Shown here in pieces: positions 51,073-64,000 of a DNA stretch of 64,000 bases. The notes beneath the pieces were generated by a model. It worked only from the letters and a program-made list of their open reading frames with translations. It was not told the origin of the DNA and made no database searches. Both the position numbers and the translations under genes were made by a program. The stretch's first letter is position 1. Each line of letters begins with the position of its first letter. Origin of the DNA: Takakia lepidozioides (lineage: Eukaryota > Plantae > Bryophyta); contig CM060732.1 in assembly GCA_030704615.1 (NCBI GenBank), positions 15,376,001 through 15,440,000 of the forward strand, written 5' to 3'.

Positions 51073-54000
51073 TCAACCCTGGTGCATGTATGAAGTGATG
51101 AGTTGTGGAATTACAACGGAGTCTCTTAGGTACACGTAGTACAAATGCTTGCAAGGGCAGTATGATGCCCCCTTGTTCGCCATGATCTGGAAGTCGGTGC
51201 AATTGCAGGTGGGTAATTCTGAAATGGTGATGGTGTACACCTCATTGCGAACAGCTGAGCCCGCCGTGGCCATCTGATACACACGCCCGAATCCTGGTGG
51301 GGGCACTTCTGTCGAGCTCTGGATTGTACAGTTCATCCGAAGTGCATTCCCCATCCTTGTCTCGTTCACTTTTGAGGGAGGTCGCCGCCTCTTCGGTTTC
51401 CCCCAACGGTGTGTAGGATGCTTAGAGCTGTCGTGTCCCATTGTTCTTGCTCTCACAGGGGTCGGTGGTGGAGGCTGTGGAAGCGGAAATGGTTGTCTGG
51501 GGACGTCAGTGCGCTGCACCATCCGAAATCCTGCGGCGGTAAGGGCGTCGGCCTCAACCTGACTCAGATCGCAGCCTGGTTCCACTGGCCACACCGGGGG
51601 AGCCTCTGGCATTGTTTGTATGCCGTACTTGGGCTTTCCATACACGCAAGTCATAATGTCGTGCCTGCAGAACCAGAACTGGGTGGTTGTCGCCTCCGCA
51701 AACTTTGCATGGACAAATCTTCCTGTAAAAGTAGGAGCAGGGACAGCCCCATCTGGATTCCTCCTTATCATCTCTAAACAACGTTGCCGTGTATCCACAC
51801 GAATTGCGGAACACCTTCCTCGAAACGACGGCTTTGTGCGAGCAATTCTCCACTGTGATGCAGACACAGTCGTCTCCACAATGGCTTGGCCATACTGCAT
51901 AACAGCGGGCGGAATGTGGGGCAAGGGAGCGGTGGGAATTTGTTGTGCACGAAATCCCCGGTTGAAGGCGACGGCGATCTGGAATTTCTTGGGCTTCCAC
52001 TGCTGGAAGACACATTGTGCGGCAACATGACGGGACCTCGAGGTGCTGTCCGAATGTTCCTGTCGGCTCCAGGAATCCTCTTCGCACCCGGGTTCCTCTT
52101 CAATCCTCCGCCTGACAGGGCGAGTCCGGACGTCCCCCTCTAGGTGTTCACCTCTGCGGTGCAGAGGCGTCCCTTTGATCTTCTCTCGCAATGTTGTCGC
52201 CCATTTCACTGGATTCTTGGACCTCGAAGCTGTTCGTACCAACAATTCCTCCCTGTCCGGCCAAAGCCCCATTGTTTGCCGCTCAGGAACTTGTAGTACG
52301 TGGCTTGCTGCATGATTGCTCTGTCGATGTCCTCCGTTGTGGCCGTCACTACGTCCACCAGATGTGCGGCAGAAGACGCTCGCCAGGAGGAGTGGACCGA
52401 TTCTGCCATATTCGTGTTCGGCATGTCCGTGTCGGAATCCAAGCACCGCTCCTAGAAGGACACAAACAATGGTGAGGGACCAATCGAAATGTCCGTAACA
52501 GAAAGACAAATGAACGAAATTGACAGCAGCCTACCTCCCGCATGTACTGTCCGAACTGTCGATACCGAAAATGCCACCACCCCAACCAGCTGTGCAATGC
52601 TCCCAGATTGGTTGTCTCCACTGCACCTGACGTGTTCCACCAAGCCTCGATGATAGCAAACTTAACCTCCGCGTCATCAAATGTGGGTGCATCCTTCCAC
52701 GCCGTACAAAGGACACGGTGTTCAGCCTGGAATGAGCTAGCAACAAATTTGGTAGTGTAGTGGGATAGACTCTGCATCCAATGGAATCCACAGGATCTCT
52801 CTTTCCCTCCATTGGAACATTGGGGTCCTCACCGTACACACGCCGCACCGCTGCCCAGTTGGCCTGAGCGTTGTCTGCCATGAATCCCCTGAAATTGGGC
52901 TCTGGCAATCCCGCCCTTGCCATCTGCTCGTTTATGCCCTCCCACAGATGCATCTCGGACTGTGTGTCCTCCCCTTTCATCTCGCAGATTGCAATCGTCA
53001 TGAGCCTCTTGGAGTGATAGTCATAAACATGCGCACCCATAGTCACCCACTGATGGTTTGTAATTCGCTTGATGTGATCAAACATCACCCAAGCATTCGA
53101 CAAGTTTCCAGTTGTCATGCGAGTGACCAAGTCGACTCCACTCCCAGGCCCACACGTCGACATTTTGAAAATGTAACAACGATCGGATTCGCTGCCTTGC
53201 CCTGGAAACCTGCTACCTTGGATGTAGTCATATCCAGTCATTCGTTTCACCTCCAGGATTGAGTACATGTCCGACCCCCTGCCGAACTCCTGCTTGCAAG
53301 ATACGATGTGATTCCGCACATTCGGACTACAAACGTGCGAGACGGACTCCAAGAGGTCACGCATCTCGTCTTCGGTCAAGGGCTCTCGGTCGGAACCATC
53401 TTCAGACATGATTTTGCCAAGAGCAATCTTGTGTGGCTGCCTTCAGCTGAATCTGCTTTGGTCTGGCTCGGGGCTCAATTTCACCTCCTCTTTTATGATG
53501 TCGTGTGCTTCCTGCACAGCCTCACGCATGTTGCCTCTCGCCAAGGGGTGGCAGTGGACCCCAACGTGTATGCAAGCTCTAGTCAAGTCCGGGAGCAAAT
53601 GGATAACGTAATATTGCTTGGCTCTGCACATGGACATGCACGTCGGTGGTTCTTTGCAATGTGCACACTTGAAAGAACCCGCAGGAGCTTGGCTGGAGAC
53701 AATGAATGGATGATGCGTTGTGCCAGTCCAATCCGTCTCGTTTCTCCGCCCTCCTTTGGAGAGAAAGTGGAAGCAGGTGGGATTGAGGCACCTCAGCTTC
53801 CCCGCACAGAGGACATATCGTACACGAACACCATCAGCAATTTTCGTGCTACTGGTCTTCGTCACACACCAGGGGTGTCCGTCATGCTTTCGATCCATGT
53901 CTGTTAACATCCCGGAGGCTTTGTTTGACGAAGAAACAGGTGGAAACTCGAAGATGACATTGCCATCGACTTCGGGAGGCAGAAACGTTACCTTTCTGAC

Positions 54001-54625
54001 TGGGAATTTGGCATAGTCGAGAGCAGCCAGCTCGGAGCGAGAACCATCGAGGTGATGTTGTCGTAGGAGCTGCACAATGGACCGGGTTGGAGTTATGCTC
54101 GAGGGCACATGCGTAGCACCTACAGAGACGTCCATGCCGGATTTGAACGACCGTGTGGAGGACATGGGTACCTCAATGCAATCATCTTCCTCGTCGGAAA
54201 TGTCGAATACGTCCACACGAGAAGCTATGGAGGGTCTTGACGGTCCAGGTCGGGAATGATTATCGTTGCATACCTCTCTGTGGCAGTGGCCGCCTCTCGG
54301 TTTCCGGACTCCTTTGTGGATGGTGGGGGCAGCGACTGATTCGGAAAGGGAATGGGCATTCCCACAGCTCGGTACAGGATGGTGTCTGAGGGGGAACGTG
54401 CCATTCGATTCCGCAACCTCCGTCGTTACCTAGCACGACAATGGTCTCGTCAACCTGTCCAGGAACATCCTTCCTTTCTTCTTCCAAATAAACTGTGCCC
54501 GGTTTGAGCTTGAATTTGGAACAAAGGTAAGTTTCAGTCACTCTGCAAAGTCCTCCCTCGTTTGGGATCCAGGCTCTCCCAAGTTGCGGAGGACAGCAAA
54601 CTATAGCGTAGGAATTCGGAGCCAT
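51073..54625 (-). pseudogene. MULE transposase copy C, near full length (GCM-like Zn domain, DDE core, SWIM finger)
   Basis: Same motifs as copy A plus C-terminal CNCTDF..CPCKH SWIM finger; intron at about 52455-52533; several frameshifts. Confidence 0.9.
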
Positions 54626-55029
54626 CGAACACCGCACGGAGTTGGCAAGTGCGAGGTTCAGTATAGCGACAGACCAAGGCTCACAGGCACCATCTAAGGG
54701 ATCTGCGGAGTCCATCGACGATTGGAAGTCGCACATTGAAGTGGAAAGTATTGTTCAAGCTACATGCATGAAGGTGGGAGGTTTGATTCCATAGCCAGTG
54801 AGTATGACAATGATGGCCGATTCGGCGACGAAATAACATCTCCTGACAGTTTCTCCTGAGGGTGGATCCAGCAGTATTCTCGGTGCAGACAGGAACGTTC
54901 GCACTGACAAGTGCCAGGACTGCTGGTAAAACGGTCAGACAACCAAGTTGTGCTCATCAAGACTGGCCGCAATTGTGTTGTTTCGGAACAATGCAACCCA
55001 TTCAGGTTCCAGATTTCCCGTCCCGAGTG

Positions 55030-56800
55030 ATTCTTTCGATTGCTGGTGGACGGAAATACGGCGCCGCATTTCCGTATTGCATCTTGGTCATGCACCAGAG
55101 CGACGGAAATGCGGCACCGAGTTTCCGTCCGGGGGAAACCTTTATACTCTCCAGAACGGAAATGCGGTAACGCATTTCCATCCAGCAAGCACGGTATGTG
55201 AAGGTCGAACGGAAATGCGGTACCGCATTTCCGTTCTGATTGAGATTATGAACAAAGGGAACAGAAATGCGGCACCGCATTTCCGTCCGAGTCGCACTTT
55301 CCGACATTTCAGAACGGAAAAGCGGCGCCGCATTTCCATTTTGTATCTGATGCATGGAGCTGAGGGATAGAAATGCTTGCAGCACATTTCCGTCCTTAAA
55401 AGACATTCATACTCTCCAGAACGGAAATGCGGTACCGCATTTTCATTCAACAAGCACGGTATGTGAAGGTGGAACGGAAATGCGGTACCGCATTTCCGTT
55501 CTGATTGAGATTTACGAACAACGGGAACAGAAAATGCGGCACCGCATTTCCGTCCGAGTCGCACTTTTCGACATTCCAGAACGGAAATGCGGCGCCGCAT
55601 TTCCATTTTGTATCTGATGCATGGAGCCGAGTGCGATTCCGACAGCTTCATACAGCGCAATTCCGACCGCTTGAGACATTCATACTATCCAGAACGGAAA
55701 TGCGGCAACGCATTTCCATTCTGACTGAAAATCGTGAACCATCTGAACTAAAATGCGGCAACGTATTTCCATCCGAGTCGCACCTACCAACATTCCAGAA
55801 CGGAAATGCGGTACCGCATTTCCGTTCTGACTGAAAAATCGTGAACATCGGAACTGAAATGCGGCTACGCATTTCCATCCGAGTCGCACCTCCCAACATT
55901 CCAGAACGGAATGTATTAGATCAAAGGGAAATGCGCGGAACCCATTTCCGTTCTGATGAATATCCTGATGAAACCTCGGAACTGAAATGCGGTACGCATT
56001 TCCGTCGGAATCGCACCTTCCGACATTCCAAAACGGAAATGCGGGCCCGCATTTCTTTTGTATGTGAGGCATGGAGCTGTGGAACGAAAATGGCGGCACG
56101 GCATTTCCGCCAGCGTCAGACCTTAATACTCTACAGAACGGAAATGCGGTACCGCATTTCCATTCTGATGAAAATCGTGCCCAACGGGAACAGAAATGCG
56201 GACACCGCATTTCCGTTCGAGTCGCACCTTCCGACATTCTAGAACGAAATGCGGCGCCGCATTTCCGTTTGTTTATTGGGCCTGGAGCTGTGCTACGAAA
56301 TGTGTAGCCGCATTTCCATCCATGTGAGACCTTCAAAACTTTCCGGACCGGAAATGCGGCACCGCATTTCTGTCCAGGTGAGACCTCTATACTTTCCCAA
56401 CGGAAATGTGGCACGGCATTTCCATTCATCATCTAAAGGAGGTATGTGAAGTGGGAACGGAAATGCGGTACCGCATTCCGTTCACATTGAAAATCATGAA
56501 CCACGGGAACTGAAATGTTGTGCCTCATTACCGTCCAATCGCACCTTTCGACATTCCAGAACGGAAATGCGGGCGCGCATTTCCCTTTTGGAATCTCATA
56601 CTTGGAGCTGTGGGACGGAAATGCGGCACCGTATTTCGTTCAACAACTAATGTATGTGAGGTGGAACGGAAGGAAATGCGGTGCCGCATTTTCTTCCAAC
56701 AAGTACGGATGTGTAGCTTCGTGATGGTACTTAACGGAAATGCGGCGCCGCATTCGCATTTTCGCTCCAACTCATCAGACGCTGGGACGGAAATACCTTG
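55030..56800. repeat. 53-bp-period palindrome array, copy C (indel-rich)
   Basis: Same palindrome and spacer types as 5784-6830 and 31700-33290, in the opposite orientation. Confidence 0.9.
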
Positions 56801-56849
56801 AAATGTGAACACGTGGAGCAACGGAATTGCTGCACATGTCGGCACTCTA

Positions 56850-59458
56850 TCTGACTGAAGGGGCATGAGGCGGCGCGGCCTGACCGTTCGATAATGATGT
56901 TTGTTTTTCGGACGGCAGGCGTACCCTGAACGATTCGAATTTCGTAATGACGCAAATCCCCAGGAGGAGACACTTTCGTCCAACCCTTCGAACCCAAGTG
57001 GTGCATCACCGCCGTTTCATCTACTTTTGTCGTGTCTCCTCAGTCACCCCTCTCGAGCGCCCTTTCCATCTGCACTCTTTGGCCCTTTCCCTCTCTCTGT
57101 TCTTCTATGCTCGAACCTGAGAGGGGGGGAGTTCGTGCACCAGACAGGGAGACCTCCTCGTCGCAAGCTCCGAAATTATACTTCGGACGTAGGCCAATGC
57201 CGAAGGGGAAGGAAGCAGATGCGTCTACAGGAGGAGATTGCCATCTCCGAGCAGAGGCCACTCAGGCAACCCAGCCACCAGTGAGAGCTCCATGCGATCG
57301 GGCTGCGCGCAGCTGATCGAGCACCGAACCCCCCATTTTGCTTCTGTAATTCTTAGACTGAATGCTAGGAGACTTGAATGCAGAACATGGTTGCATGCCC
57401 TAACAACAGGAAAGGTGGACGTGCTGGAGGGATCGCAGGAATCCGAAGAGCCGCAGGAAGAGTCCGAGGAGCTAGCTGCAGCACGTACACCCACCCGATC
57501 CCGAGCGCGGGTATTCCTGCCGGGCCTAGCCCTGTGCGATTCAAAGACGCGTCTTCGAAGAGGCAAGTTCAAAGTCCCAGAGATCGACTCGCGTTCTTCG
57601 GTCATGGAGAATCGCCAGCAGGGGTCGGGCCCTTCTCCAGGCAAAGTCGAAGAAGAAGCAGCCCGTCCCTCTACTGGCTTCTGAACCGGCTCAGGCCGAT
57701 TCACCCCCCCCAACGCGAATGAAGCAGCAAGATCGGTGGTAGAAGACAGATTCAATTGCAGCAGACCACCTTTCACCTGCAAGGATGAGGGAAGCAGAAG
57801 GCCATCAGGGCGAACGGCTGCGAACAATCCCAGCAAAACCGCTTCCACGAGCTGAAGCTCAGTTCCTGGAGGATTCCCGCCTGCAGATGTTGGGCCGACT
57901 AGGCGGCAGCGAAGGCAATGGGATCGACAAGTTGATCTCGATTTGGTACCGGAGGAGGGTGCTGCCGCTCAAACTGTCGCCAAGCAAGACCTCACCACCG
58001 ATGAGCAAGCAGGCCCGGAGGAGGCCTCTGCAATGGCAGAATTGCCCGCGACCGGGCCCAGAGTGCAGCTCCAGTTGAGGATGCTCCAGTGCTCAAGCAC
58101 TACCGGCACTACAGACATGTCCGCCGCGCACCCTCGCCGAATTTAAAAGTGCAGCGGTAAAATGGTTGGGAGGAGACACACAGTAGCATTGGCAGAGTTC
58201 TGGCAGCAGGGTATTCCAGCGGACTCTTCGAATCCCACTCTGTCGCATGGTCTCCCTTCCCATCGTCAGGCAGGCCCTTCCCGGAGATGTGGATAAGCTC
58301 AAGTTCGCATTTCGAGAAGGGTACCGTCTGGGATCGGCAGCGTTTTACGTTTCCATTGAGAATGAGGACGGCGAAACTCGTGGACCCACTGCCGATGAAT
58401 TGTCAACGTGGGATACCCACTGGCACACTCGCAACGACGAATTCGAGGCGACGCTGAAGGGTGATCCAGACTTCGGCCATATGTCGGGTAAAATGTTCTT
58501 TGTGTGGGACGGGAATCACCGACTTCTCGCCTGGTGGGAGTACATCAAGCAGAACCATGCCAAGCACATTGGCTGGCATTACATGGTGGAGTGTGTCATC
58601 CTCAAGGTGAAGGCGGCAGACTCCTCCCTGCTCAAGAATGCCATGGCGGACCTCAACTCGTAAGATACTCATACCCTCCCTAGCACGTTCGAAATGCGGT
58701 GCCGCATTTCGGTTTCCATTCTGGTTTGTTTCCGTGCTTCCGTGTACTGAACTGGAGAGTGTGCCTTGCAGGGTCACTGAGAATGCGTACGTGCATACCC
58801 ACATGGCACATATGCTGTACAGGGTGAGGAAAACTGGTCTCACTGATCCGCAGATGTTTGCGGAAATGCTGGAGCCCGAGCTCATTCAGAAAGCCGTTGC
58901 AAAAACAGACCGGACATGGTATCGTCTCACTATGGATGGAATGGTGGAGGTGATATACGAAGTAAGTCGTCTCCCAATTTCCCTCTGCTCATCCTTCCCC
59001 AATTTTCAGTAATGTTTCCACATGAATCGAATGTAACGCTTCTGCATGTTTTTGTTGGCAGTCAAACATCAAGCTGGATTTGGCCCATGCAAACGCTTCT
59101 TCATGGAAAGTGAGGGGCAGGTCAAAACGTTGCAGTCATTGACTGAGCACTTGAAGGAAGCCGGTGTCAAGTCCAGAACCCAATACAAGTCAAGCTTGTG
59201 AGCTGGTGGCAATTGCAGATCCGGCACTTGGAAAGGACTTCATCCCCGAGATTGCAAAACACTATTCTCGGGCCATGCAGCCGACCATGCAATTGGAGAA
59301 ACTGCATCACCTCTCAACGGCATGTGTGGAGGCGAAAGAGAAGGTGAGGTTTCATGCACTGAAGTTCCTTCCTAGCAATAGCCACTCTATCGCAGCTCCT
59401 GACATTGGATCGGAAATGGCAGACACGGTGGCTGTCGATCTGGAATGCATCCGAGAGC
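56850..59458 (+). pseudogene. MULE cargo gene copy C with ParB/Srx-like domain, running into the gap
   Basis: FFVWDGNHRLLAWWEYIKQ at about 58495-58550; same intron positions as copy B; divergent from transposase C. Confidence 0.75.
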
Positions 59459-59958
59459 NNNNNNNNNNNNNNNNNNNNNNNNNNNNNNNNNNNNNNNNNN
59501 NNNNNNNNNNNNNNNNNNNNNNNNNNNNNNNNNNNNNNNNNNNNNNNNNNNNNNNNNNNNNNNNNNNNNNNNNNNNNNNNNNNNNNNNNNNNNNNNNNNN
59601 NNNNNNNNNNNNNNNNNNNNNNNNNNNNNNNNNNNNNNNNNNNNNNNNNNNNNNNNNNNNNNNNNNNNNNNNNNNNNNNNNNNNNNNNNNNNNNNNNNNN
59701 NNNNNNNNNNNNNNNNNNNNNNNNNNNNNNNNNNNNNNNNNNNNNNNNNNNNNNNNNNNNNNNNNNNNNNNNNNNNNNNNNNNNNNNNNNNNNNNNNNNN
59801 NNNNNNNNNNNNNNNNNNNNNNNNNNNNNNNNNNNNNNNNNNNNNNNNNNNNNNNNNNNNNNNNNNNNNNNNNNNNNNNNNNNNNNNNNNNNNNNNNNNN
59901 NNNNNNNNNNNNNNNNNNNNNNNNNNNNNNNNNNNNNNNNNNNNNNNNNNNNNNNNNN
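59459..59958. other. Assembly gap (500 N)
   Basis: Run of N. Confidence 1.
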
Positions 59959-59959
59959 C

Positions 59960-62900
59960 ATCTGGCACAATCATCCGCGCAGACAGATTTGTGGTTCTTG
60001 GATTCTGGTTGACCGTATGTGCATCAAACCCGTGAAAGTCGGAGCAAGAGTTCGGGCACCACCTCTGTATATAACAGATGAAGTGCACTTCTCGAATTAG
60101 TTGCCTGATCGCGTACATTTCACATGAGACCCTACACTTGTGCGTGCTATGTGTCAACGTGGTTGGGGTTGCAATGCGGACTCAAGCACATCAAGGGGGT
60201 TGGTTTCTCTCCTGCACCATTTCAATCAGTGGCACTGTTTGATGCTGGCGCTTGCCGTCATGTTGGAGTTCGGCCATGGAGCTTTCATGCAGGGGAACAC
60301 GAGGCTCGAGAAGTTATCACGGTCTGCCTGTGCGAATCGGAATCCAAACCAGATGGAGTGGTTCAATTTCCTCTTACCGGAGCCGAATCTCTCCTCCCTT
60401 CAAGATGTTGAACTCTAGAAACAGTGACGTTCCCTTGGGCATACATGCTCACCGCCCGCTGCTATCTTGATTTGGATCCCCAGATCTGGTTTGCAGCACG
60501 CAACATCAACTCCCTTTGTGTCCGACCCTTGCCACCAACCCCACCATCGCCGAATCACGGTAAATCGGTTTGTTGTTGCAAGGCACGTATCAAATCATCT
60601 GTTGTTGCCACATACAATCCGACCCTCGTTTCCCGACTGCTGCAACCATGCGTTGTGCACAGTTTCTGCCAAATTGCAAGATGACATGTCCGCCATTTCC
60701 TCAATGGACATGTTCCTGCAAAGTGGAGAACCACACTTCAAACAGTGAACAGGAACAACATAAAAAAGCGATGAGACAATAAAATGGAAATTAATGTATG
60801 AATAAAGCAAGAAATATAGCCTTGTACCACTGCCATGGCTGCTCCCCATTGTCTATACCGGAAGTGCCAAAACGCCACCCAATCTTCCAATGCTCTCATA
60901 CTCTCAAGTGATGCAGCTCCAGAAAGAACCACCAGGCACGAATTGTCTGGAACAAAGTGTCCGCCTCCTTCATTGTTCTAGCATCTTTGTACTCTTTGGC
61001 ACAATTTACGGTGCTGAGTCTGCATCTCTTGGTTTGATGTCCGACTTTGTATGTTTTTCCAGAGATTGTTGTCCAATGGAATAGACATGTACGCTCTCTT
61101 CCCTCGCATTGGTTCTTTTGGGTCGCCCGATCCGAAGACCAATACGAACACATTGAAATTTGCTTGAGCACTATCCGCCATGAAACCTGCAAAATTTGGA
61201 GATGGCAGCCCATGACACGTATCAGTGGAATTCCACATGAGCTTCTGGGATTCCGTATCCTCGATTGCATGTCACAAAACCGCAATTGTCATAACTCGTT
61301 GGTACAACTGGATCGTAACATGACAAACCATTGTCGTCCAATCCTTCACTCGTTCACATGATCAAACATAAAAAACATTTTGCAAGTCCCCAGTCTCTTC
61401 TGCATCCGCTTCACGAGGCTATCCCCACTGCCCTCCCCAACAATCGACATTTTGAAAAGAAATTTTGATGGCAACCTTGACCTGGGAATAGATTGTCCTG
61501 ATATGTAATCGTACTTGCTCACTTGTTTCAACTCCAAAATGTTGTCTATGTAGCCTCTGATACCAGAGCCCTTCTTAATAATGCATTGATCTGATGCCGA
61601 ATGTTAGGTGAACTCAAAGTGGAGAAATGATCCATGACCAGGTCCAATGCTGCACCCTCAAGTTTAGTCCCCACAGAATCATCCCCTTCACTCAAAATAT
61701 GGCTTTCCAAGAAGACTTGCTTGCGCCAAGAGCAATTGCAGATGTTGTTGCGGATGGGTTTCTCCCGAACTCCTGTTTAATAATCAAACCTCGATACTGT
61801 CTCAACACTCTCCCTGTATCCCCCTATCCCCCTTCAGACGATTTTATGGAATCCAAATGCACACAAGCTCTTGTCATTGTTTTCAAACGGTGGACAATAT
61901 AGTACATTCTTGCTCCGCAGAGCGCCAAGCAGGATGGCACAAGTTTGCAAAATTTGCAGACGAAAGTGTTTGCGGTGGTGGGGCAGTCCGAAATGGATTT
62001 TCCGCCAGACCCTCCCATTCGCTTTGATTATGAACCCCAGACTGAAGAAAGTGTCTGCATTCAAATTATCACACCTAAGATGTCAATTGCAAACTGTTCT
62101 CCTGAAAACAAGCTTGTCATCATTCTGAATATTGGATGTTTTTGCTCTGCACCACGGTGCCCGTCGTGTTTCTTGTCCTTCCATGCATCATGATTGTTAC
62201 ACTCCAACTCGCGGAGGAGGAGGCAGCTCGAATAGGATATCGCCATCAAAAGTCTCGGCAAGAACTTCACAGGCACCTGCTTCAAAGATTCCCAATCAAT
62301 TCCTCGCAACTCACTTTTGAATCCAGCCATTCCTCTCCATCGCCCGTAGTTTTGGAATGACACTACAAATCTCTTCTTCATCAGCTTCTCCCAACACAGT
62401 AGGAAGGACTGGATTTGGATTTCACTTATGTCATCATCGGACGAATCGAAATCCGAAGCTCAACATTGGAGTGGAGGACGTCTGTTCTTTTTTCACCACC
62501 ACCTCCCTCTTGTCTTCAACGACCACAGCAGCAGTCCCGGCGTCACATATGATCCAAGGACTTTCGCCGAGACTCTCCAAGTACTCTATCGACCAGGGCG
62601 CACTCTCCACTGGCTGACATGAGCCGTCTCATCACGGTTTTGGAAAGAGTATTTCAACAACTTCCCTTTCAAATCGTACACCTCTTTCTCCAAAAAGATG
62701 GAGTCATTCTGAAGCTGAAAATGGGTAGCCAAGACATGTTCCAGAACAATTGCAAATCCATTGTCAGGACTTCCTGGGAGAAACGGCACTGGTTTGTCGT
62801 CAGAGAAGAACTTTGCTTCAGAGAAAGCCATCTCCTTCTCCTCGTACGTTGATACCTTGCTATCGCAGACCTTCAGTGTAAATCGCTTTACTGATGTCTC

Positions 62901-62996
62901 CAGAACACAGTTGAAGAATGAGCAGAGAATATTGCAGGGAAGCTCAGACGATGACTGTGCATATTCTGTTATTCCTCCCAGATATGCACCATCCAT
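59960..62996 (-). pseudogene. Diverged, heavily frameshifted MULE transposase copy D
   Basis: Motifs KHDGH, CKFCKLVPSCLALC..TRACVHL, FKMS, FMFDHV, PNFAGFMADSAQANF, FWHFRYRQWG, CNLAETVHNAW. Confidence 0.85.
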
Positions 62997-64000
62997 TTTT
63001 AATTATTTTTCTTGTGGCCCAGTGGTCAGAGTATCCCTAGGAGCAATGTTGGCAGTTGTTAAACCGTTAATCAGAACCTCATCAATAAACACAATAACAA
63101 GCCGACTTCCTGGAAGCATGCCACAAGATCTAAGGGTGGGATTGCAGATTAGTAAATGTATCTTATACTACTACCAATGATCATGCGCACCTGGAAAGTT
63201 CAAAATGTAAACGAACGTGGGGTTGGCTAACAAGGATGAACGTGTATATATCCCCCAAATTTGTCATCAAACTCTCGTTCATTTACATATATTTGTCTAA
63301 GACTGTGCGCCAAGATTTATGGGATTCGCTTTATTTTTTAAATATTGAAACCGTTCTAATAAAGAACACGCCGTTTATTTTTGGGCGACACACGTCAGAC
63401 ATCGATAACTGGAATACGAACAGTTGTACACTAATTGTTGGCATGTGCACTAATAAGGGAACGACTATGTGTAACAGTCACGCGAGAGGGAATCCAATGC
63501 TTCTAGAGACAAGCAACAACGCACGCAATCCCGCAAGATATCGGAGTCACTTTGTTTTTTCTACTTTTCGCGCTTAAGGGAGAGTGGTAGTCAAGCTGGA
63601 GAGGGTTCCTTCTACAATACGAAAGAGAAGAAAGTCTCTTATTTTTTACTTCCCTTAGAGAGAGACGCAGAACAAGAGAGCAAATGACGAGGCGTCGTTT
63701 GTTGGAGAACACAGGGCCAAGGCAGCAGGTGAATGCGGAGACTGATTCACAAGAGCAGACCAAGACTGAGGCAGCGGCTGTGACACAGTCGGCGATAACA
63801 GTGCGCGTTGGAAACCAGCCTGTGGATGCATAGATGACTCGCAGGGAAACTGAAGGAGGTGGAAGTATGAGGAACGCTGACCGGGAGAAGGTCCAGAACC
63901 CTAGAGCAGACAGAAATTCCAGCAGATGTGAGAGGGAAGAGGAAAGCTGTAGAAGGGGATCCAATTTCAAAACCTAAGAAGGCGCCAGTAAGTTTTCTTT

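Noticed and set aside
55600-58200. Dense indels in copy C as evidence of ancient decay
   Set aside because: Flanking parts are near-identical to copy B and the region is near a contig end, so sequencing error is equally likely
59164-60157. ORFs of 196-282 aa spanning 59.2-60.2 kb
   Set aside because: They run through the N gap, and the two sides belong to different elements

Overview
This 64-kb window is eukaryotic and almost entirely transposon-derived. It probably comes from a seed-free land plant: it has short GT-AG introns, a PLS-type PPR remnant, a plastid transit-peptide fragment and many CAG>TAG stops. No intact host gene was found. The dominant element is a large Mutator-like (MULE) family present as three near-complete transposase copies (8.4-10.7, 51.1-54.6 and 60.0-63.0 kb) plus fragments. 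Its transposase has a GCM/WRKY-like Zn domain, a DDE core and a SWIM finger. It sits head-to-head with an intron-containing cargo gene, separated by a long palindrome array whose spacings (53, 64, 74, 85, 95-96 bp) are all near-integral multiples of about 10.6 bp. The cargo gene encodes a ParB/Srx-like domain (VWDGNHR) in one subfamily and a beta-class amino-(N4C/N6A) DNA-methyltransferase-like fold in the other. A separate truncated LTR-type retroelement has gag, protease and a C5 cytosine methyltransferase (protease and MTase in one frame), an extra upstream ORF and captured host mRNA pieces. Also present are a hAT pseudogene, a CACTA fragment, two tRNA-derived SINEs, other hairpin arrays and a 500-N gap. 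All protein assignments are from motif recognition by eye; no searches were run.
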